Position numbers and translations under genes: made by a program
Notes under the pieces: model-generated
Database searches by the model: none
Seen by the model: only the letters and a program-made list of their open reading frames with translations
What the model was told of the DNA's origin: nothing
Part shown: piece after piece, positions 13,768 through 24,772 of the stretch
Position numbering within the stretch: the first letter of the stretch is position 1
How the letters are laid out: each line of letters opens with the position of its first letter
Assembly (NCBI GenBank): GCA_032718475.1
Contig: JAUCBJ010000720.1
Span: 43,831 to 107,830, forward strand
Direction of reading: 5' to 3'
Source: Nemertoderma westbladi
Taxonomy: Eukaryota; Animalia; Xenacoelomorpha
Length of the DNA: 64,000 nucleotides

Positions 13768-14802
13768 CTAAAAATCAAAAACAAAATCTTATTTTTGTGT
13801 TTTACACAACTTATTTCCAGCTCAAATCCCCCAGAACAATATTGACTAGCTCACATAGCCTTTAAGGAGGCAAGGTATAAATGAGCATTAGCTAGTCATT
13901 TTTTTTGGGGGGGGGGGGGGGTAGTCCCCCCCCCCCCCGCCCCCCTCGCAAAAATGTCATAAATTTGCTATTTAAAACATCTAGGGATTTCAAATCTGAA
14001 AACAGCTAGAGAAATCTCTTTTACTTCTCTAGTTATCGTGGAATATATGTCTGCCAATCTGTCTGTCAAAATGAGAGACAGACAGACAGACAACCGACAG
14101 ACGGACAGACTACATTCCACCAAATAATGAAACTGACATCGGAAATGAAATCAGTCACCCCTAAAACCCCATAAATATTATTTCAGCTCGGTGGTGTGCT
14201 TCCTTCCTGTCAGACACTGTAAACCAACCAGACCCCATACAGGTAGTTTTGCGGGGTGGGGTGGTTTGAACTTTGAAGATGATTATCTCAGAATGACGTT
14301 TATTCGCACGAAAAATACTATTCCACCGCCATTTCTTAAACGTTTTTTTTACAATTTTTGCTTTATATAAAAGGTAATTTCACAAGATTTAATAAATTTC
14401 ACGCATTTAATTAAAATGTATTATTTCCCCATTTTTTTAATGGAAAATTACAAAAAAACATGGGTTTTTTCAGTTTTTAAAAATTGTTGAATTTTTTTTT
14501 ACAAAATTGCCAATTATCAGAAATAGAAAACGAAATTAAAAAAGTGCGTGAAAAATATGATGAAAATGAACATGCTGGTGCCAATGAATGTGGCATCTGA
14601 AAATAAAAATTTAAAATAACGCATGAGTTTAGTCTGTTTAGTGAAATTTTTTAAATCTTAAATATTATCGTAAGCAATACAGGATCTAGACTTGGCATTG
14701 TTTCTTGCAGGAAATATAATAACCCCAGAAGATTTTTGAATGGACGCTGTGCTTGGCAATTTAGCATGCTAATGCTGAATCTTGAGAATCAACCTTTCAT
14801 CT

Positions 14803-14857
14803 GAGTCGCTAGCGGAATGACATCCTTGAGGTCACTAGTTCGATCCCACCTGGACAT
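14803..14857 (+). mobile_element. Degenerate tRNA-derived SINE head (internally deleted) in the FReD1 intron
   Basis: B-box-like AGTTCGATCCC; paralogous to the longer copy at 44540-44612. Confidence 0.5.
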
Positions 14858-15064
14858 ACTTGCCAAATTTGCTAAGCTGGTCCCAAAAAAATTATAATAA
14901 AATGTATTATGTATTATGCAAACCGAATACATAAATTAATTTTGCAAGCCTGTTTGCCACTCTAAAAAATGTTGGCACTTTTTGGCTCTTTAATTTTGGC
15001 TTAATTAAAGGGTTCTTTTTACAAGGATTATAACATGACAATTTAGGTTTAATAACAAACTAAC

Positions 15065-15169
15065 ATTGTCTCTTTCAACCATTTTGTTTTCATCCCCGTC
15101 GTTCTCCCCAAGGCACTCCACCACAGAAAGGGCCACAAGAGCTGAAAGTAGGTTAATTGACTTCAACAT
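15065..15169 (-). CDS. FReD gene 1, coding exon 1: signal peptide plus linker (MLKSINLLSALVALSVVECLGENDGDENKMVERDN)
   Basis: ATG at 15169, 35 codons, phase-0 GTTAGT donor matching the exon 2 phase; homologous to 44811-44897. Confidence 0.8.
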
Positions 15170-15552
15170 TTTGTAGAATTTGTCAGAAACAAACCAATTT
15201 CATTGTGAATGATTTAAAAAACGACACACACGTCCTATATATACAAAGAATATGCAAACACTGTTGCATTAGTTACTGCTGCTGCAGTAACTAATGCAAA
15301 AATTATATGAACAAATATCTGAATTATAATAACCGAATATAATTTCCGAGATAAAGTAATGGACTGACGGCCCAATTAGTACATTCCTAGTAAAAAAACG
15401 TGTATTAAATTCCAGATGTTTTGTAGCTTACTGACAGTAGTGGCTCAGTCAACATATAGTAATAATACTGATTGTTATGTTGGACCTATAAAATGATTGA
15501 CATAATTTCATAATGTCATTTAACTATAATTTAATTGTAGATTACCGGCTTG
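15170..15552 (-). promoter_or_regulatory. FReD1 5'/promoter region: TATA-like box ~15236-15243 and 16-bp-arm palindrome 15264-15299
   Basis: TATATATA ~70 bp upstream of the ATG; region almost identical to 44898-45277. Confidence 0.55.
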
Positions 15553-15836
15553 TTCTAATATAATATGGATAGTACAATTAATGCGTATATCCCCAGGTTG
15601 GTTTACTGTCCTCCCTTGTGCGGAGAGTAAGTAAGTCTAGGTTAGCTTGGGCTTATCCCTTTCTGTTGATAATCTGTCGCTGGACCAAACAAACTCGGTT
15701 ACGAGGAAGGCCAGATGGTGAAAATAAGATAAATGACCATTGTTACATCAGTAGTGGGAAATGTATAAAATTATAATTCTGCACATCAAATTGATGAAAT
15801 GTCTGCTAATTTTGATTATTTGGATCATGGAGCTCA

Positions 15837-16716
15837 TTGCAAACGGGGCAAGTATTTATTTTGACGGATGAATTAAATAATACACAAATCCCTAGAATGT
15901 CTCAAATTTTATGTAACAGCTCGAAGCATTGTGTTAATGAGACACGAGTTCAGCATCAGTGTTCAGCGCTTGTAACTCGCTCTACCGCACTATCGAACAC
16001 ATCGTGTTTGTCTCAAACTGCAAGCGGCAAGAAGAAGAATGGAATAATATATTTTTGTGGAAAGCAAAAAATGAGACAATACCTAAAGCCCGCGAAGTTC
16101 CATGTTGATGATTTTGCAGATGCGCTCGAAGCTAAGTGCCGACTTCCACCGCATGGAAATGAATTGGATGGTTATGAAATGTTCGTCCCAGAATTAGATA
16201 ACTCGATCACTTTGGATGAATTGAAACAGGCAACAATTAAACTCAAAGATGGTAGGTCATCCAGTGACGGTATAACATCGGGAATGCTTTAAAACACCTC
16301 AGATTTGGCCATTTATATTAATAATCCTAATTATTTGATTGTCTTCAGGCACATATCCACACTACTGGTCTGGCACATATCCACACTACTGGTCTGGCAC
16401 ATATCCACACTACTGGTCTGGCACATATCCACACTACTGGTCTGGGCTTTTTCTTTATGTAGAAATTTACAAAAGGGGGGAAACGAATGAGGCAAAGAAC
16501 TACAAACCCATATCACTTGTCGCGTCATTGGCGGAAATTCTCGACATAGTTCTATGTAATAGACTAACTTCTCATTTGAAGAATTACAATCTGCATATCA
16601 AAAAGGAAGAAATTGTTATGAACAAGTTTTTATATTGAAAGTTTTAATTGCATAAGAAAACAAAGAAAAGCCTATATATTTGCTTCCTAGATTTTCAAGG
16701 CGCGTTTGATAGGGTA
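15837..16716 (+). mobile_element. Decayed LINE, 5' part of RT (continues at ~31692)
   Basis: ITLDELKQA..KLK.GRS..DGI, IYKRG..NYKPISL, CFLDFQGAFDRV ending ~16716; includes a 24-bp x4 tandem repeat at 16348-16445. Confidence 0.8.
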
Positions 16717-17730
16717 TTGTGTGGGGCGAGCGACGAAAGTATGCAAGCTTAGCATACAGGTACCACTAACTCAATTGGTGTGTCTGTTGTTCTGTTGATC
16801 TGTTGCTCTGTTGTTCTGTCGATCTGTTGTGTCCAATTTTAAACGTTAATAACTCAGCCAAATCTCGATAAAATATATCCAAACTTGGTACATAAGTAGT
16901 CTGGCAAAAGTTTAGAAATTTTCCAAGTTGAATTTGCGTGGGGTCTTCGTGCAGCATCTGTGTAACTGTCTTACAGTTATAATAAATGTATCTATCCAAA
17001 AATTATTAGGCTTGGCATCAGCTGGTTGCTAGGAGACTACAGGATTACAGTACGGCACTGGTACTGTTAACTGTTACAGTGGTACAGAGTTACCGGTACC
17101 GTCTTCAGGTCGTTGGTCGTTGGCAAGGCCATCTAAACAACAGGCCATGACCTAGCCTTCAAAATTATCGCAGGCTAACTGCTGATTATGGTACCTAAAC
17201 CTGTAAACTGTACTAAGCTCAGAAGCTATATACTGTTATTGGGCTTTGGAATAATCCATTCAGCCTTTTATTTAAACATTGAATCCCCTTATTTGTTATA
17301 AAACCATCGGAAATATCCGCAAATGCCGCTCCATTACTGTTTGAAACGCTTCCGACAGTCCGATGTATCTGGACCCAAGCAGCCGAGTGGCATCAAGATG
17401 CGGTTAACTGAGTAATAAATACTACGGAATTGCTTGCTTGTCAGTAAGATTCTATTTACCACACTGGGAATACGGCGGTCAGTCGGATCATAATGCGGGC
17501 CACTGCCAAGTTCCTCATGCCTCACTCAGGCCACTCACCTTGGAGTGCGGTGGGAAGAGTCCAACTTACGTCGACGACTGGACGAATCAACGAGGATTGC
17601 GATTTGGGTTTAGCGGCAGCCCGGACAGCCGGATCCTGGGATCACCTGGGGTAAATTGTTGAAAGTCAGGCAGATGTGTATCGCACCGGATTACGTTCTC
17701 TGCCATGCGAAAGTGTGAGGCAAATTCATT

Positions 17731-18958
17731 TGTTCGCGCTTTTGAAGACCTTTAGCAGTTTAACCTGCCAAAATTTATATGTCTTTTAGTTAATTAACAC
17801 ACCTTTAGCATACGACAATATTTTATGCTAATAAACAAAACATTAGCCGAAGCCAGCCCATGCGCGATCATTCACCCGATGGATCTACACCCGGGAGGCT
17901 GAATTCGGATGCTTAGATTTTATTATTGCAGTGTAAGGTTGCAGTGTAAGCCTACTGTATTATTCGATTGATCGCTAATATGTAATTTCTGACAGATATT
18001 ATTAACTTTCGGGAAATATTAACAGTTCCTTTAGGACGTGGCGCTCTATCTATTTAAACAGAGCTAGGACTTATACTAAACGCAACGATAAGGCTTATGA
18101 TTAAAGTATAAGTCGCATTCTTTAGGAAATGCTTTGTTACCAGTCACATCACACTCACAATCATGCACACTATTCTGCCGACCGTCAGTATATTTGATCA
18201 CACATAAAGAGAACAGCAATTGACTCAGGTAGTGTCTACTAAATAACATTAGATTCAATACACACCACATTGATATAAATCGCAATTGTTATATATAGCC
18301 CGCCTCTCTAACCTGTAGTGTATCAAGAAAATTGGGAATTTTGGGTGATTTATCCGTATTCTCCAAAGAGCAATATTTCCATCAACAAATAGATACAATT
18401 AATAACTGACGGTAAATAGCAGTACAAACAATATGATTAGTGCAGTTAAATTAAGTGAGGTAACACCGCCGGTAACAGTTATACTTTCTATAATCTAAGC
18501 AGTTTTACTAGAGTTCTTAGAGCCGGTGTTTCTGGCTTAGACAGCAATAACAACAAAGTATCAAGTAAAGCAGTAAGACTGAACACTCTCCTTATGATCG
18601 ACCGAAAAGCTACACGTCGACAGGAAAAATCGCTCTGATTGGCTCAAGCCAAACAAAGAACCATGCATCCAATGGCTGTTTCCATGTCAGCAACCAGCTG
18701 TTAGATGTCGTAATATGAATCATCACGGCTAAGCTGTGAAAGGTAGTTGGTGCATTACAGGTTTTTTGCCTTACCATGTCCGCCAAAACACGTATATAGC
18801 AGAATGGCTTTTATGTCCGTTAAAACACCTGTAACGGTACCTTGCGGGCGAGGGGAATATATATACAGTTAGAGAACCTTTTTAGAGTATTCCAGCGCCT
18901 GGGGGGAAACTGGATTGCGAAGCAAAAGGGGCCAGTTATATCCCACAGAAGCTTTTAC
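17731..18958 (-). repeat. 3' LTR (diverged first part 18470-18958 plus segment X 17731-18468)
   Basis: Minus strand reads TGTAAAAG...GCGCGAACA, preceded by a PPT-like tract and followed by the TSD. Confidence 0.8.
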
Positions 18959-19158
18959 ACCGCTCCCAGAAAATGGGATTTAAGTCTATAAAATATACAA
19001 AATCACAGTTTCTAAAATATAAAAATACTCTAAACAGTTAGTCTTTCTTGCGCGGACGGCGTTTACGCAGTTTTTTAAAGCTAGCCAGAGTCTTTTTCTC
19101 TTTGGGGCGAGCCACTTTACAAGGAGGGCTATAACTCCTGGGTGAAGGGTGTACTGTA

Positions 19159-21618
19159 GTACTGTCCAGATAGGAAATACCACCGCCTGACGACCTATAA
19201 CCGTATCGCTATAGGTACTACGTTATGTATCACGGATTGTTCCTACCCAGAAGCTAATAGAGCTAACGAATGTGCCTATCAACCACTTTACAACACAAAT
19301 ATACTGCCTACACTAATTACTTCGGAAAGCACTGTACACTAAACCCTAAATTAGGTACAAGTACTGGTACAACAAATAATCAGTAGTTAAATATACTTGA
19401 ACAGTTAAAAGAACCACGGCATCTGCTGGAGTGACCGAAGCACAAAGTCACCAGTCTTTACCTACGCCAAGCAGCCCGTGTAGTACCGGGGTTAATTTAA
19501 CTATAACGGTATGTGTAACAAACACAATTACTGTAGGAATAAACTTGGGGACATGAATGTTGCGAATAATCGCATAAACTCTGAATAATAAATATTACGC
19601 TACCCGTACAGAATACTCAAACAGAATACAAACCAAACGCTGGCAGACTACTATCAAGCCTAAACAAACTACAGTATGTGCAGATTCTGAAACTGTTAGT
19701 TAGTATGCGTTCTAACACGGTAGTACGACTTACTCTTTAAGAGGGGATTGACCTTACAGCATATGGCTGCCCCAACTTACTAACGGCACTTGATCAGACA
19801 AACTCTACACACGCAGCAATCCCTTCAGGCCTAAGAATAGCTAGACAACAATCCAGCCTACAAAATATCTGAGTAATAACTATCACGGTACCTGAACAGA
19901 CCACACAAACAAACACAGGCTAAAACACTGGCAGACTACGATCAAGCCTAAATAAACTACAGTATATGCAGATTCTGAAACTGTTAGTTAGTATGCGTTC
20001 TAACACGGTAGTGCGACTTATTCTTTAAGAGGGGATTGACCTTCAGCATATGGCTGCCCCAACTTACTAACGGCACTTTATCAGACCAACTCTACACACA
20101 CCGTAATCTCTCCAAACTCAATAACAGTCAGACAGCAGCTCAGCCTACAATTATCTGAACAATCTGAGCAGGGTCACACGCCTTCTGCTCAATATTAGCT
20201 TACTAGTAAATAAAACCGACAGAAATAAGTAGAATCTCAAATAAAAATCAGGGCGGCCGTTCCCTGATTAAGTACCAAGACCTACCGGTATACAATAATC
20301 AAAATCGAATAATACTAATGTACTTATACAGCAGTACCGGTTAGGACAGTTGGGCCTACAGACCTACAGAAATACCGGTTACTACGGTATTTTGCAACCT
20401 TATTGCCTACTGCAATAAGATTATAACTGTTACTGTTCGGTGTTACCTCACTTAATTTAACTGCACTAATCATATTGTTTGTACTGCTATTTACCGTCAG
20501 TTATTAATTGTATCTATTTGTTGATGGAAATATTGCTCTTTGGAGAATACGGATAAATCACCCAAAATTCCCAATTTTCTTGATACACTACAGGTTAGAG
20601 AGGCGGGCTATATATAACAATTGCGATTTATATCAATGTGGTGTGTATTGAATCTAATGTTATTTAGTAGACACTACCTGAGTCAATTGCTGTTCTCTTT
20701 ATGTGTGATCAAATATACTGACGGTCGGCAGAATAGTGTGCATGATTGTGAGTGTGATGTGACTGGTAACAAAGCATTTCCTAAAGAATGCGACTTATAC
20801 TTTAATCATAAGCCTTATCGTTGCGTTTAGTATAAGTCCTAGCTCTGTTTAAATAGATAGAGCGCCACGTCCTAAAGGAACTGTTAATATTTCCCGAAAG
20901 TTAATAATATCTGTCAGAAATTACATATTAGCGATCAATCGAATAATACAGTAGGCTTACACTGCAACCTTACACTGCAATAATAAAATCTAAGCATCCG
21001 AATTCAGCCTCCCGGGTGTAGATCCATCGGGTGAATGATCGCGCATGGGCTGGCTTCGGCTAATGTTTTGTTTATTAGCATAAAATATTGTCGTATGCTA
21101 AAGGTGTGTTAATTAACTAAAAGACATATAAATTTTGGCAGGTTAAACTGCTAAAGGTCTTCAAAAGCGCGAACAGTAACAGTTATACTTTCGATAATCT
21201 AAGCAGTTTTACTAGAGTTGTTCCAAAAGCCGGTGTTATGGCGAAAAATGGGAACACAACAACAGAAACATGTGACTACTGCTCTATACGAAGATACCAA
21301 CTCCCTTATTCCACGAAGCTCCCGTTCAACACAGAGGATGAGCATAGAGATAGGAAATTCAGTTCAGTAGCGCTGGGATAGGTCGAAATCAACGCCTACG
21401 CAAATTCTATTGGCCGACACGGACAGCAAGGCTTAGGCAACCTCTCTAGGCTAGTTGGCCGATTAAACTGAGCCCAGATATCTCCGTACAGCACATCAGC
21501 CAATAAGCCGGTAGCTTTCACTATTTTAGTTATAAATCCCTTTGAGAGTATTCTAGCGACTGGGGGGGAACTGGCCAGCAAAGGCAAACGTATCAGTTAT
21601 CCCCCAAAAGCTTTTACA
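19159..21618 (-). repeat. 2.46-kb direct repeat, internal copy (LTR with inverted X plus leader)
   Basis: Nearly identical to 28807-31266 at a constant offset of 9648 bp. Confidence 0.95.
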
Positions 21619-21696
21619 CCGCTCCCAGAAAATGGGATTTAAGTCTATAAAATATACAAAATCACAGTTTCTCAAATACGAAAATACTCTAAACAG

Positions 21697-23146
21697 TTAG
21701 TCTTTCATGCGCGGACGGCGTTTACGCAGTTTTTTAAAGCTAGCCAGAGCCTTTTTCTCTTTGGGGCGAGCCACTTTACAAGGAGGGCTATAACTCCTGG
21801 GTGAAGGGTGCAATATGATTGCCTCAGAGGGTATAGGATTATGGTCGGTGTATCCGCCAGTCGAAGTGCCGAGTTGATTGACATCAACGTTGGGGGAGAG
21901 GGGTCTAACGGCTTTGAGAGCTCGTTTCAAGACAGCCGCTCTTACGGGTCCTTTACGAGTGGTCTGAACGAGGGCCGTGGGTGGACCATAGGCAGTTAGA
22001 AACTTCCTTGGTTTAATGGTTCTTTCCAACTCGCGTTCGCGGGCTCTGTACTCGTAAGGCCGTCGATATACTTCTTGTAACTCGGGGTGTGAGTTGACAA
22101 ATAAGTCTCCATAGGCCGGATCTTGACGGATAAAGTTTATTAAGTTATACGAATTGATGTCACTCGGATTAATGCTCCTGAGGAATTTGCGTACATATTT
22201 GGTTGAAATACATTCTCCAACGCGCTTCAATAGTTCATAACTTGATAGGCGCGATTTCTGCTCGACGGAGGCAAACAAATAAGGATGGAACGCATAAACT
22301 CCTTCGTAAGCGCGTCCAGGATAATAGCGATGGCGTGAATCACAATGTAAATCAGCGCTCGCTTCCCAAGCTCTGATGTAACGTAGTGTGATCATTTCAT
22401 CTACGCTTTCCAAATCGTTACTAAAAAGGGCAATCGAAACTGGCGCGTCCCTTTAGTTGACAATGGTGACATCGAGTCATAAATTGAGGGCAAACCGCAA
22501 AAATGTGCAAGTTATTGAGTCTGTAATACGCGCAATAAATTTCCATCGTCAGTTGTTCGTGGAAATAGGAACAGCGGACGTTTGTGTCCATGGGCGTAAC
22601 ATGGTCTCTCGATGCGCATAACCGACAACGTTGCCGAGAAACATAGTTGGCATGGCGATAATCGTACGCAGTGAGACACTGTGGACCTTGATACCACTCT
22701 AGGATGTAATCGTTGTCGCTGTTCCGGGCGCGATAGGCTGAATCTCCTCAGATTCTAGGCATATTGGTTCGTCTTCCCAGTCTATTACGAATATAATTTT
22801 CGTGGTCTATTCTCGGTTTATTGTTACGACGCCGCTGGGTATGATATTTAAATAGAACCATTTCCCTTTCGGTGTCTACATCGTCCGTATCATGTAAATC
22901 GATAGGATGGCCGGTAGTTAAGAAGTCCATATACGTACCATTACGATTCGTATAGCGAGCGGTGAATTTTCTATAGTCCAATTCGTGCGTAAGTTGTTCC
23001 TGGGACATCGGTGGTTCGATATAACGACCATCGTCCTCCGTAATAGTCGGATCGGCTTCACCGCGTATCAAGCTATCCACAAACGCTTGTAAAGGTAGAG
23101 TATATCGCTCTCTAATACCAAGATCATCTTCTATCAATTCCGTCAT
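21697..23146 (-). pseudogene. Accessory ORF of the LTR element (~480 codons; one in-frame TGA, one frameshift); three Cys/His knuckle-like motifs and a basic C-terminus
   Basis: ORF 22748-23146 continues in frame past TGA to ~22425 (CRLCASRDH..C, CAYYRLNNLHIFAVC, CHHCQLKGRASFDC); a 1-nt shift in the T-run at ~22423-22427 joins ORF 21697-22413. Confidence 0.65.
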
Positions 23147-24772
23147 ATCTGTTATCTGAGTTTATTAATATCAATATAAGTTAATATTTTAGGCAAGCGA
23201 GCGTCGCTGCCTACTAGGCTTTACCCCCGGACAGTGGGTTTCTCAGCGCCGATGTACCGTTGTCGCAGTGTTTACGCCAACATGTAGCAACAGCACGACA
23301 ACGATAACCGGCACAAGTCCCACCACTGTCCGTCCCAAAGGCTTGAATCCACTTGAGGTTATCTCGGTAGAGTTAGGGCTACTTTACAATTGCGATTAGC
23401 TACTGTAAACACACTTTAGTAGTAACATTCACCTATAAACGCACAAATTCCATACAATCATTACTTACTGCACACATGCATGCCATTTGTCCGTTAGTCA
23501 GTGTCTTCCAGAATGTCACGTTATTACTATGTATCCTTGGATACTAATAGCGCGTTATGTATACTCTTATGCTACGCAATGGGGTAAGCTTTTTATTGTT
23601 CCTTTTAACTTGCTTCTAATTCTAGCGTGGGTGTTGCCATGGTGACATTATGGAAAACTAGCGGTAGAATTAGGGCAATTCTCAAGCATACATATCTGGG
23701 ATGTTATTTAATAGTAATTCTTTAATTGTCAATATCCTCTTTATGCATGATTTTATAAATTTTATCGGCTATTGACTATATGTTGGAGATTCTCGCACTC
23801 TAGTACACTCAATATGAATCTCCGCTCCCATGATCTATTAATTACTGGAATTTTGGGAATGTTATAAATTGCACAAAATGACAATTTATGAAATTCATTG
23901 GAATATGAATTTAAATTTATTCCCGTGAATTTTATTATTTGATGTTAAATTGACACAAATTTTATTCCAGAGCATATCTGGGGACTTAGGATCCTTAATT
24001 CTATAAAATAGTCCTTCTAAGAATATCGGTAAATACTGCGATATCTTAATTGACTAGAAATTTTAAAGGATCGGGATTTTACAAATTTTAATAAATATTA
24101 AATTAATATTTAGGATGGGCACCGATTTATTCCAGAACTTGTCTGGGGACGTTAACCACTGATTCTAGAATTTGTCTTTCAAGTATATCGGTGGGTGCCA
24201 CGATATCTTAATCGACTAGAATTACAGATGGTCAAAAAGTTTAACAGATTTAATTGCGATTTACGCTACTGTTAGAGGGACATCACGCTACTATATGTAT
24301 TATTTGTTATAAGGTAGAAGAGCAATATCGCACGAAGCAATGTCAGTGTGAAGAGGCAAGTCGTTTCCAAGGTCTACCCAGAGCTTGGTTTAGCCGAGAC
24401 TCGAGGATCTGAACTTTGCATTCCTAATACTCTGCCTACCAATAATACTTAAATATAGTAGTGGCTTTATTGTACTTTAATAAGTACTGACATGTCATCT
24501 TACTATAGTCTCGCATTTATAATATAATACGGACAGTAAGGAAAGAGAAAAATAATTATTTCTTGCCGTCGCACTAAATATATATTATAAGTAATTAAGT
24601 ACGTAATAAACACTAATATATTGCACTAATTTACTAAATAATCGCTAAAATAACATTCAACTAAATAAAATTAAAGAAAACGATTATAATAAAATTACGT
24701 AATAATACATACATAAATATAAAATAAAAACAAATATAAAATGATATAGTCACACACCCACTCCATATGTTA

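Noticed and set aside
18076-18285. 69-aa ORF present three times (also 20621 and 30269)
   Set aside because: TTG start, no motif; identity simply reflects duplication of LTR segment X.
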